NCBI GenBank assembly: GCA_025454565.1
Contig: JALOOE010000014.1
Coordinates: 1-27,223 of the forward strand
From: Anaerolineae bacterium
Lineage (GTDB): Bacteria; Chloroflexota; Anaerolineae; CG2-30-64-16
Direction: 5' to 3'
Length of the DNA stretch: 27,223 nucleotides
The translations under genes were made by a program, and so were the position numbers. Within the stretch, counting starts at the first letter, position 1. Each line of letters begins with the position of its first letter. The notes below the pieces were generated by a model. That model was not told where the DNA came from, searched no databases, and saw nothing but the letters and a program-made list of their open reading frames with translations. Positions 1 through 7,412 of the stretch are shown piece after piece.

Positions 1-739
1 CGATGAGATTCTGAAAGCCCAGGAAGCGCGCCACATACGCGTTCGCCGGCTGCCGATAGACCTCCTGCGGCGCGCCGATCTGCTCGATGCGGCCGCCTTG
101 GCCGAGGTCCGGACGGGCGCGCATGATGGCGACGCGGTCACCGATGGCGAATGCTTCTTCCTGGTCGTGGGTGACGTACAGCGCCGTGACGCACACCTGC
201 TTCAGGATCGCGGCCAGGTCGTTCATCAACTGCTCGCGCAACGCGCGGTCGAGCGCGCCGAGCGGCTCATCGAACATCAACAATCGCGGCCCGGGCGCCA
301 GGCTGCGCGCCAGCGCCACCCGCTGCTGTTCGCCGCCCGAAAGCTCGGTCACGCGGCGCTGCTCAGTGCCCGACAGCCCTACCAGCGCCAGCATCTCAGC
401 CACGCGGGCGCTGATGTCGGATGCGGGCAGCCGCGCCATGCGCAGGCCGAACGCGATGTTGCCCAGCACGTCCTTGTGCGGGAAGAGCGCGTAATCCTGG
501 AACATCAGCCCGAAGTGGCGGCGATGCGGCGGCACGCCCGCCAGATCCTGGCCGTCGAACGCCACCTGCCCCGCGTCCGGCATCTCCAGCCCCGCGACGA
601 TACGCAACAGCGTCGATTTGCCGCAGCCGCTCGGCCCCAACAGGCAGACGATCTCGCCCTCGTCCGCCGTCAGGCTGAGATCGTGGAGCACGGGCAACCC
701 GGGGTAGGATTTGTGGATATGACTGATTTCCAGCAGCAT
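1..739 (-). CDS. thiQ: ABC transporter ATP-binding subunit of the thiamine transporter; 3' end runs off the window
   Basis: Not in the ORF track; translated by hand from ATG at 739: MLLEISHIHKSYPGLPVLHDLSL..., Walker A GPSGCGKST, Q-loop MFQDYALFPH, signature LSGGEQQRVALAR, Walker B LLMFDEPLGALD, H-loop YVTHDQEEA. SD GAGG upstream. Last visible gene of the TPP-riboswitch operon. Confidence 0.88.
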   Translation of the reverse strand, partial: MLLEISHIHKSYPGLPVLHDLSLTADEGEIVCLLGPSGCGKSTLLRIVAGLEMPDAGQVAFDGQDLAGVPPHRRHFGLMFQDYALFPHKDVLGNIAFGLRMARLPASDISARVAEMLALVGLSGTEQRRVTELSGGEQQRVALARSLAPGPRLLMFDEPLGALDRALREQLMNDLAAILKQVCVTALYVTHDQEEAFAIGDRVAIMRARPDLGQGGRIEQIGAPQEVYRQPANAYVARFLGFQNLI

Positions 740-758
740 GGTTTCCTCGAATGGCGAG

Positions 759-855
759 GTTCAGGGTTGAAAGTTGAAAGTTGAAAGTTGAAGGTAGAAG
801 GTTGGCAGCTCTTTTCAACCTTCAACCTGTAACCTTCAACCTGTAACCTTCAACC
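759..855. repeat. Two inverted arrays of 7-bp tandem repeats in the thiP-thiQ spacer
   Basis: + strand: GTTCAGG (GTTGAAA)x3 GTTGAAG GTAGAAG GTTGGCA (759-807), a 6-nt gap, then TTCAACC TTCAACC TGTAACC TTCAACC TGTAACC TTCAACC (814-855), which abuts the thiP stop codon. Confidence 0.92.
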
Positions 856-2396
856 TCAGAACTCCCCCACCCCGCCGGCGCGGAAGCGCTCGATCAACAC
901 GAACGCCGCGGCGCAGACGATCATCAGCAGAGTGCTCATCGCCAACGCCTGCCCATAGTTGAGCGCGCCGGGTTGGCCCAGCAGCCGGTAGATCACTACC
1001 GGCATAGTCGGGAATTCGGGCCGCGCGATCAGCAGGGTGGCGCCGAACTCGCCCATGCTGACGGTGAACGCGAACGCTGCGCCGACCAACAGCGCGCGGC
1101 CGACGATCGGCAAATCGATCTCGCGCCAGACGCGCCACGGCCCCGCACCGAGCATCGCGGCTGAGTCCTGCCAATCGGGATTCAGACTGCGCATCATCGG
1201 CAGCACGGCGCGCACGACGAAGGGAAACGCCACGAGGGTGTGGGCAATCGGGATCAGCAGCGGCGATGCGCGCAGATCCAGCGGCGGCCGGCCAAACGCC
1301 AGCAGATAGCCGAAGCCCAGCGTCACGGCCGAGGCGCCCAGCGGGGGATGGCGATCCCCGGTGGCGCGTAGAAGATCGAATTGGCGCGATTGACGAACAA
1401 TTCCCGGTAATAGCGCGTCGGATCGCCGGGCGCCAGCGACTTGAGCGCCAACGTCACGAGCGGCAGCACGAGGAAGATCAGCAGCTCGGCGACCGTGGCG
1501 GCGACCAACACCCTTTGCCGCGTGGTGACGGGCGGTTGCGCGATCTCTTCCGCCGCGCGCAGATCGAGTGGCGCTGCGGCCCGCGCCTGGACGCGGGCGT
1601 AGACCGCCATGACGACGAAGGTCAGCCCCATTTGCACCAGGCTGAGCGCTGCGGCATCTTCCAGGCGGAAGAGGGTGACCGATTGGCGGTAGATCTCGAC
1701 TTCCAGCGTGGCGAAGGTCGGTCCGCCGAGGATCAGGATCACGCCGAAGCTGGTGAAACAGAAGAGGAAGACCAGCAAGCCGGCTGCTGCGATGGCCGGC
1801 ATCAACAGCGGCAGGGTAATCTCCCACGCCACGCGCAACCGGTTGCCGCCCAGCATCCGGGCTGCATCGGCGAGCTTTGTATCGAGATGGCCCCAGAAGC
1901 CGCCGACCACGCGGATCACCACCGAGGTATTGTAGAAGGCGTGGGCGATCAGAATCAGCCAGATCGTTTGCTGCAGACGGATGGGCGGACGGTTGAGGCC
2001 CAGTGCGGCCATCAGCAGCTCGTTGAGCCAGCCGCGCGGGCCGAGCAGCGCCACGAACGCCGCCGAAACCACCATCGCCGGCAGCACAAACGGGATCGTC
2101 GTCAACGCCTGCAGCAGGCGCTTGCCGCGGAAGCGGAAGCGGGCGAACACGAACGCCGCCGGCAACCCCAGCGCCAGCGTCAATGCGGTCGAAAGGAGCG
2201 CCTGCCAGGTCGTGAACCAGAGTGCGCGGCGAAAGTAGGTCTCGCCCCAGATCGTCACCAGCGGGGTGAGATCAAGCCGGCCCTCGGGCGCGAAGCTCCT
2301 ACCGATCACCATTGCCAGCGGATAGAAGAAGAAGACCGCCAGGAAGGCAAATGGCAAGAGATAGAGCGCGCCGGGGAGGGTGGGGCGTTGTTTCAT
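856..2396 (-). pseudogene. thiP: Thiamine ABC transporter permease (ThiP/FbpB type), frameshifted near 1345 by an apparent internal deletion
   Basis: The N-terminal part (ATG 2396, MKQRPTLPGALYLLP...) has TM helices and the EAA-like loop [10 protein letters not shown] and stops at ...[11 protein letters not shown] (1323). The C-terminal part is in another frame ([15 protein letters not shown]...DSAAMLGA...[10 protein letters not shown], stop 856). The span is 1541 nt, not a multiple of 3. Confidence 0.82.
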
Positions 2397-2503
2397 GGGC
2401 GATTGGCTATTGCGAGGAACGAGAAACGAGTGAGGCATGAACCGCGAACCACTACGGGCGATTGCTTATCACTCGTTACTCGTCACGCATCACTCGTCAC
2501 GCA
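2397..2503. repeat. Heptamer-phased thiB-thiP spacer with partially inverted units
   Basis: + strand 2469-2503: TCACTCG TTACTCG TCACGCA TCACTCG TCACGCA, directly against the thiB stop. Complementary units CGAGGAA CGAGAAA CGAGTGA lie near 2413-2433. Confidence 0.8.
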
Positions 2504-3658
2504 TCAGCGCAACACCGTATCTGTCCACGCCTTCAGCCACGCTTCTCGCCCCGCCTCGATCTGCGCAGGGGTGAGCGCGACGGGCTGCGCCGGTGTCTGC
2601 GCGTATTTGGTGAAGACCTCGGGCAATGGCGTGCCGCTGCGGGCCGGATAGACCCACATTTGCAGCGGGATATCGGCCTGGAACTGCTCGCCGAGCATGA
2701 AGTCGAGCCACTGGCGGGCGAGATCGGGGTTTTTCGTGTCCTTCAGGATGCCCGCGAACTCGACCTGCCGGAAGGTTTGACCCGGCGGCAGGATGTTGCC
2801 GGTGGGCGCGTCGGCCGGCTTCGGATCGGCGAACTGCACCTCGGCCGCCGGGCTGGTCGCGTAGCTCACCACCAGCGGATGATCCCCCTGGCCGCTGCCG
2901 CCGCTGAACTGGTTGTAGTATGCGTCCTCCCAACCTTCGGCGACCAGCACCTGGTTTTTCCGCATGTCCCGCCAGAAATCGAGGTAGGTGTAGTTGCCGG
3001 TCTCGCCGAACGCCGCGATAGTGGTGAGCAGAAAGGCCATGCCGGGCGAGGAGGTGGCGGGGTTCTCCACGACCACCAGGCCCTTGTACGGCGATTTGGT
3101 CAGGTCGCGCAGATTCTGCGGCAGCGGGATGTTGTTGTCGGCGAAGTAGTTCTTATCGTAGTTCAGCGCCACGAAGCCGAAATCCACCGGCAGCAGCCGA
3201 TTGCTGGCGTCGAGCTTGAGGTCGGCCGGGATGCCTGCCAGCGCGGGCGAAGCGTACGGCTCGAAGATGTCGGCGGCCAGGGCGCGGCTGAGGAAGCTGT
3301 TATCGACGCCATAGAAGACGTCGGCGAGCGGGTTGCCCTTGCTCAGGATCGCTTTGTTGAGCGCCAGACCTGCATCTCCCGACTTGAGGAAGCGCACCTG
3401 GCAGCCGCATTGGGCCTGGAACGCGTCCACCACCGACTGGCTGACGCTGAAGCTGTCGTGTGTCATCACGGTGAGGGTGCGGCCCGAGGCGGGCGTCTTG
3501 GCCGGAGTGACCGCAGCAGTCGCTGCGGGCGCGGTAGTCGCGGCTGCGGTCGGTGCGACCGTCGCCGCGGGGACAGGTGTAGGCGTCTCGCCCGGCACGA
3601 CGCAGCCGGCTAAGAGCATGGCAGCAATCAATACGAGAAACACACTTCGACGGATCAT
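2504..3658 (-). CDS. thiB: Thiamine ABC transporter substrate-binding lipoprotein
   Basis: Lipobox LLAGC and a Pro/Ala/Thr linker, then ThiB-type motifs LTVMTHDSF, GDAGLALNKAIL, ADVFYGVDN, PVDFGFVALNYD, ENPATSSPGMAFL, VVSYATSP, FRQVEFAG, QMWVYP. Lies downstream of a TPP riboswitch. Confidence 0.92.
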   Translation of the reverse strand: MIRRSVFLVLIAAMLLAGCVVPGETPTPVPAATVAPTAAATTAPAATAAVTPAKTPASGRTLTVMTHDSFSVSQSVVDAFQAQCGCQVRFLKSGDAGLALNKAILSKGNPLADVFYGVDNSFLSRALAADIFEPYASPALAGIPADLKLDASNRLLPVDFGFVALNYDKNYFADNNIPLPQNLRDLTKSPYKGLVVVENPATSSPGMAFLLTTIAAFGETGNYTYLDFWRDMRKNQVLVAEGWEDAYYNQFSGGSGQGDHPLVVSYATSPAAEVQFADPKPADAPTGNILPPGQTFRQVEFAGILKDTKNPDLARQWLDFMLGEQFQADIPLQMWVYPARSGTPLPEVFTKYAQTPAQPVALTPAQIEAGREAWLKAWTDTVLR

Positions 3659-3659
3659 C

Positions 3660-4346
3660 TCAACCCTCCTGAATTCGGGTATGGATCACGAGCAGCAGAC
3701 CGCGCCGCAGCCAGACGCATGCGGTCGCGGCATCGAAGACGTTGCTGACCCCGCGCGCATGGGCGAAGAAAAGGGTCTCGCCGGCCAGCGGATAGCGCAG
3801 CCCCGCCGTGCTGACCCCCTCCGCGTCGCCCGCCAGCGGCAGCAGCGTCAGCAGATCGCCCGGCGCGCCGGCCAGCACCAGGCACGCGCCCTCGGCGTGC
3901 TGCGTGGGGACGCCCAGCGTCCCCGCATCGCCGCGCAGCACGCGCAGCGTCTGCGCGCCGTCGGCGATGACCGCTTCGACAGCAATCAGCTCACGGCGGG
4001 CCAGCAGCAGGAGGTTGGCAAGCATGTGGTCGGTCCGGCCACCGAGCGCGCCGCAGATGACCAACTCGGTCGCGCCGTCGCCCAGCGCGTGTATCACGGC
4101 CAGCTCCAGGTCGGTCTCATCCTTCGCGGCCGGCGCGGTGATCGTGGGGACGCCGGCCGCGCGCGCAGCCTGGAGCTCGGCCGCTGGGAGCGAGTCCAGG
4201 TCACCGATCAACAGATCGATCGGCCAGCTCCACGCCTGCGCGTGATGTGCGCCGAAATCCGCGGCGATCACGCGATCGGCCGGGCCGGGCGCATATCCGC
4301 ACGGCTGCTGTGCGATCGGGCTGCCTGCGACGATAAAAACCCGCAC
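3660..4346 (-). CDS. thiN: Thiamine pyrophosphokinase (thiamine diphosphokinase)
   Basis: Motifs VIAADFGAHH, LLIGDLDSL, AKDETDLELA, GALGGRTDHMLANL, GLRYPL, RGVSN. GTG start at 4346 with GGAGGT just upstream; the track's start at 4370 lies in the terminator U-tract. Confidence 0.92.
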   Translation of the reverse strand: MRVFIVAGSPIAQQPCGYAPGPADRVIAADFGAHHAQAWSWPIDLLIGDLDSLPAAELQAARAAGVPTITAPAAKDETDLELAVIHALGDGATELVICGALGGRTDHMLANLLLLARRELIAVEAVIADGAQTLRVLRGDAGTLGVPTQHAEGACLVLAGAPGDLLTLLPLAGDAEGVSTAGLRYPLAGETLFFAHARGVSNVFDAATACVWLRRGLLLVIHTRIQEG

Positions 4347-4368
4347 GCTACCTCCGGCAAGACGAAAC

Positions 4369-4393
4369 AAAAAAAGCGACCCCGTCGGGTCGC
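4369..4393 (-). terminator. Intrinsic terminator, expression platform of the TPP riboswitch
   Basis: Minus strand: GCGACCCGACGGGGTCGC hairpin followed by T7, between the aptamer and the thiN start. Confidence 0.88.
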
Positions 4394-4409
4394 CTCACGT
4401 CGCACGTTT

Positions 4410-4503
4410 TCGCATCCCTACGCCGGCATTACCCGTCAGGTTCCGAGGGTCGTCGGCATTCGGGCCGACCTCTCAGCCAGGCTCACCTGGCTCCCCTTGC
4501 ATC
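4410..4503 (-). ncRNA. TPP (THI-box) riboswitch aptamer
   Basis: Minus strand: ...GCAAGGGGAGCCAGGTGAGCCTGGCTGAGAGGTCGGC...GACCCTCGGAACCTGACGGGTAATGCCGGCGTAGGGATGCG. Contains the conserved GGGG, CTGAGA, ACCTGA and TAATGCCNGCGTAGGGA elements, upstream of thiamine genes. Confidence 0.96.
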
Positions 4504-4510
4504 TGAGCGC

Positions 4511-4539
4511 AGTGTATCATGGAGGAAGGATGGTGTCAA
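4511..4539 (-). promoter_or_regulatory. Sigma70/sigmaA promoter of the thi operon
   Basis: Minus strand TTGACA (4539-4534), a 17-nt spacer ending in TGA, then TACACT (4516-4511), just upstream of the riboswitch. Confidence 0.85.
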
Positions 4540-4607
4540 ATGCGCTACGAAACCAGCCATTGGCAGTGTTGGCTCAGCACCAGAGTCAGCGTATCCCATC
4601 CCTTATC

Positions 4608-5183
4608 TCATCCGCGCCACACGAACCGCCACAGCCGGCGGCGCGCAAGCTCGTCGCCGCGCACGCCGATCCGCGGCGTGATCTCCACTTGGTCGTCCGC
4701 CACAGCAGCACCGGACTCAATCGACAGTTCCGCGCTCGCGGTCAGGTCGATGCCATTCTGTGCCCGCGTGATTCCCAATGCCTGGCACAGCTTCCCAGGG
4801 CCGTCGGTCAGGCCGCGGTCGCTGCGCTCGGAGAGACGACCGCGACGGCCGAGCATGATCGCGATCCCTTCGACGGGGGCAATGGCACGGATCAGCACTG
4901 CGCCGGGATGGCCATCGGCTTCAGTCACTGCGTTCAGGCAGAAGTGCATGCCATAGATGAAGTAGACGTAGGCGTAGCCGGGCGGGCCGTACATAATTGC
5001 GCTGCGCGGGGTGCGTCGATACGCATGCGAGGCCTGGTCATCGGCGCCGCCATACGCCTCGGTCTCGCAGATCAAGCCGCCCAGGCGCTGATTGTCGAGC
5101 ACGCGCGCCAGGTGCTGCCCGAGCAGGGCGCGGGCCACGGTCGCAGCGTCGCGTTCATAGAAGGCGCGCGGCAGGCGGATCAT
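4608..5183 (-). CDS. mpg: 3-methyladenine DNA glycosylase (AAG/Mpg family); in frame with upstream lexA
   Basis: LPRAFYERDAATVARALLG, ICETEAYGG..D.ASH, MYGPPGYAYVYFIYGMHFCLNAVT, GAVLIRAI, DGPGKLCQALGI, TPRIGV, WRF. 191 aa from ATG 5183. Confidence 0.93.
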   Translation of the reverse strand: MIRLPRAFYERDAATVARALLGQHLARVLDNQRLGGLICETEAYGGADDQASHAYRRTPRSAIMYGPPGYAYVYFIYGMHFCLNAVTEADGHPGAVLIRAIAPVEGIAIMLGRRGRLSERSDRGLTDGPGKLCQALGITRAQNGIDLTASAELSIESGAAVADDQVEITPRIGVRGDELARRRLWRFVWRG

Positions 5184-5219
5184 GGGGCGAGTATAGTCGA
5201 AGCGCAGGCGATGCGCCGC

Positions 5220-5864
5220 CATCTGGCGGAAGACGGCGACGACCTTGCCTTGAATTTCTAACTGGTTGGCGGGCACAGGGATGGGTTGGTACGCCGGGTT
5301 AGCAGGCTGCAAACGCACCATCTCCCCTTCCGGGAAGTAGTGTTTCAGCGTCGTCTCTTCACGATCCTTGATCCAGGCGACGACCATGTCGCGCGGCTGG
5401 GCCGTATTCTGGGGGCGGATGATGACCCAATCGCCGTCGTTGACCAGGGCATCGATCATCGAATCGCCCTTGACCTGGAGGGCATAGAGCTCGCCGCCGG
5501 CCGGGACCAGATCTTCCGGCAGATCGAGTGTGTCACTGCTGAAGGGGTTATCCTGTTGGCCCGCGGCCGGGATCGGCACGCCGGCCGAGATCAGGCCGAG
5601 CTTGGGGATGATCCGCAGGCGTGCCGCGGTGCGCGCCTCCTCGATCACAGGAACGCCGTCTTTGAGGCGTAAGCCGCGCGAGATTTCGTCGCTGCGCTCC
5701 AGCTTGCCCTTCTCCTCCAGACGCTCCAGGTTATATTTGACGACAGAAGTGGAGCTGATGCCCACCGCCTTGCCGATCTCGCGGATGGTCGGCGGAAAGC
5801 CGTGTTCCTCCCCGAACTCGCGGATGAAGGCGAGGATATTTTCCTGACGTTCTGACAATGACAT
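5220..5864 (-). CDS. lexA: LexA SOS repressor; no stop codon of its own, reads through into mpg (joint ORF 4608-5864, 418 aa)
   Basis: ATG 5864 with GGAGG SD. MSLSERQENILAFI, HTH GFPPTIREIG...SSTSVV.YNLERLEEKG, cleavage site ISAG(VP), catalytic Ser in VKGDSMI, catalytic Lys in TTLK, C-terminal GKVVAVFRQM. Confidence 0.94.
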
Positions 5865-5912
5865 GGAAACCTCCATACCCAGAGCGTGACGCTTGCCGCG
5901 TTGTTGGCACGC

Positions 5913-5941
5913 ATTATAACGAACATCCGTTCGCTTGTCAA
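5913..5941 (-). promoter_or_regulatory. lexA promoter, perfect sigma70 consensus
   Basis: Minus strand TTGACA (5941-5936), 17 nt, TATAAT (5918-5913). Confidence 0.92.
5920..5933. promoter_or_regulatory. LexA operator (Cheo-type SOS box)
   Basis: CGAAC-ATCC-GTTCG palindrome inside the -35/-10 spacer of the lexA promoter. Confidence 0.9.
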
Positions 5942-6040
5942 ATAGATATCGCAGATTTTTCCAACTCATTGTCTGCATGTGCGCCAGGTATCCCAACCGG
6001 CGCGCGTTCTGCTCCGCTTCGTGCGATCCGCGCGAATCTG

Positions 6041-6049
6041 TGCTACACT
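6041..6049 (+). promoter_or_regulatory. Probable extended -10 promoter for nudC
   Basis: TGCTACACT (TGn + TACACT) about 30 nt upstream of the nudC ATG; no clear -35. Confidence 0.5.
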
Positions 6050-6080
6050 CCGGCCACGACACCAAACCGAGGCAAATGTG

Positions 6081-6947
6081 ATGACGGCTGGACAGACCTC
6101 CCTGACGTTCGTTTCGACTATTGCGGCTCCGGAGGGCGATCGCGGGGCCGCGTACTGGTTCGCTTTCCAGGGCGACAAGCTGCTGGTTCATCCGCGGGGC
6201 GATGCGGCCGACGTACCGCTGGCAGCCGGCATCGCGCGGCTGGGCATCGCGCCGATCCGTCAGGTGTACCTGGGCTATCTGCAAGATGCGCAGGCCCAGA
6301 AGACGCACTGCTATTGCGCCGAGATCGCGCCCGACGCGTCGCTGCCCGCTGGCGTGATCGCCGAAGGGCTACGGCAGCTCTATGGCCAGCTCGCCGAGCC
6401 GCTGTTCGCACTCGCCGGTCGCGCCGTGCAGATCGTATCGTGGGATCGGACACACCAGTTCTGCGGGCAATGCGGCGCTCCGACCGTGGCAATGCTGCAT
6501 GAGCGCGCCAAGCATTGCCCCACGTGCGGCTTGATGAGCTATCCCCGGCTCTCACCAGCGATTATCATCGCCGTGGTGCGTGAGACGCCGCAGGGCAAAC
6601 GGCTGTTGCTCGCGCGCAATCACCGCTTCCCGGCCGGCCGCTACAGCGTGATTGCGGGGTACGTCGAACCGGGCGAATCGTTGGAAGAGTGCGCGCAGCG
6701 TGAGGTGCTTGAAGAGGTCGGCATTCGGATCAAGAATATCCGCTACTTCGGGAGTCAGCCCTGGCCGTTTCCAAATTCGCTGATGATCGGCTTCACGGCG
6801 GAGTATGACAGCGGCGAGTTCGCGTTGGAGGAAGCGGAGATCGCCGAGGCCGGCTGGTTCGCCGCCGACGCCTTCCCCGGATTGCCGCCCAAGATGAGCA
6901 TTGCGCGGCGACTGATCGATTGGTTTGCCGAAATCGGTAGGGGGTGA
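6081..6947 (+). CDS. nudC: NAD(H) diphosphatase / NAD-cap decapping Nudix hydrolase
   Basis: Zinc ribbon FCGQCG...CPTCG, YPRLSPAIIIAV, Nudix box GYVEPGESLEECAQREVLEEVGI, NudC signature SQPWPFPNS. Start at 6081 chosen from the promoter position and GAGG upstream. Confidence 0.93.
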   Translation: MTAGQTSLTFVSTIAAPEGDRGAAYWFAFQGDKLLVHPRGDAADVPLAAGIARLGIAPIRQVYLGYLQDAQAQKTHCYCAEIAPDASLPAGVIAEGLRQLYGQLAEPLFALAGRAVQIVSWDRTHQFCGQCGAPTVAMLHERAKHCPTCGLMSYPRLSPAIIIAVVRETPQGKRLLLARNHRFPAGRYSVIAGYVEPGESLEECAQREVLEEVGIRIKNIRYFGSQPWPFPNSLMIGFTAEYDSGEFALEEAEIAEAGWFAADAFPGLPPKMSIARRLIDWFAEIGRG

Positions 6948-6949
6948 GC

Positions 6950-6970
6950 GGTCGCCCCGGCCGGGCGACC
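6950..6970. other. GC-rich hairpin right after the nudC stop
   Basis: GGTCGCCC-CGGCC-GGGCGACC, a perfect 8-bp stem with no U-tract. Confidence 0.5.
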
Positions 6971-6989
6971 GGCCGGGCGCCCCCAAGCT

Positions 6990-7018
6990 TTGCTTGGTCT
7001 GCCGCGTCGTGTTAGAAT
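6990..7018 (+). promoter_or_regulatory. rsfS promoter
   Basis: TTGCTT (6990-6995), 17 nt with TG at the extended -10 position, TAGAAT (7013-7018). Confidence 0.7.
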
Positions 7019-7039
7019 GGCTTCAACGTCACATCTGTT

Positions 7040-7399
7040 TTGGAGGCCAACCTGGACGAGTCACAACTGGCACATCTGATCGTTGACAAACTCGAAGCGC
7101 ATCAAGCCGCGGACATCGTCATGCTCGACTTGCGAGAGCTTACGCCGATCGCGGACTATTTTGTCATCTGCACGGCCGAATCGGGCCGGCAAGCCCGGAT
7201 GCTTGAGGAAATCCTCGAAACGGAGCTCAAGCAGGAACACAAGACGCGCCCATTGTCAACCGAAGGGGATTCCGATTCGGGCTGGATCTTGCTCGATTAT
7301 AACGCGGTGATCGTGCACGTCTTTTCCAAACAGGCACGCGCCTTCTATCGGCTGGAAGAGTTGTGGAAAGCCGCCCCGGTGGTGCTCAAGATCCAATAG
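7040..7399 (+). CDS. rsfS: Ribosome silencing factor (Iojap/RsfS); true start may be CTG at 7052
   Basis: A.DIVMLDLRELTPIADYFVICTAES.RQ, EG...SGWILLDYNAVIVHVF....RAFYRLEELW. Confidence 0.93.
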   Translation: MEANLDESQLAHLIVDKLEAHQAADIVMLDLRELTPIADYFVICTAESGRQARMLEEILETELKQEHKTRPLSTEGDSDSGWILLDYNAVIVHVFSKQARAFYRLEELWKAAPVVLKIQ

Positions 7400-7412
7400 C
7401 GCTCCGCTCGTA

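Noticed and set aside
759-855. Possible CRISPR array or antifreeze-like coding repeat
   Set aside because: Units are 7 nt with no unique spacers and no cas genes. The ORFs crossing it (396..818, 836..1174) have no credible product.
98-3613. Plus-strand ORFs of 228, 461 and 383 aa opposite the thi operon
   Set aside because: Shadow frames of thiQ, thiP and thiB; the minus strand carries all the family motifs.
3333-5261. 642-aa plus-strand ORF
   Set aside because: Antisense shadow across thiB, thiN, the riboswitch and mpg; no recognisable domain.
5865-6308. N-terminal extension of the 566-aa ORF 4608..6308 (-) upstream of LexA
   Set aside because: It crosses the lexA promoter and SOS box and overlaps nudC on the other strand. 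The SD and LexA homology place the start at 5864.
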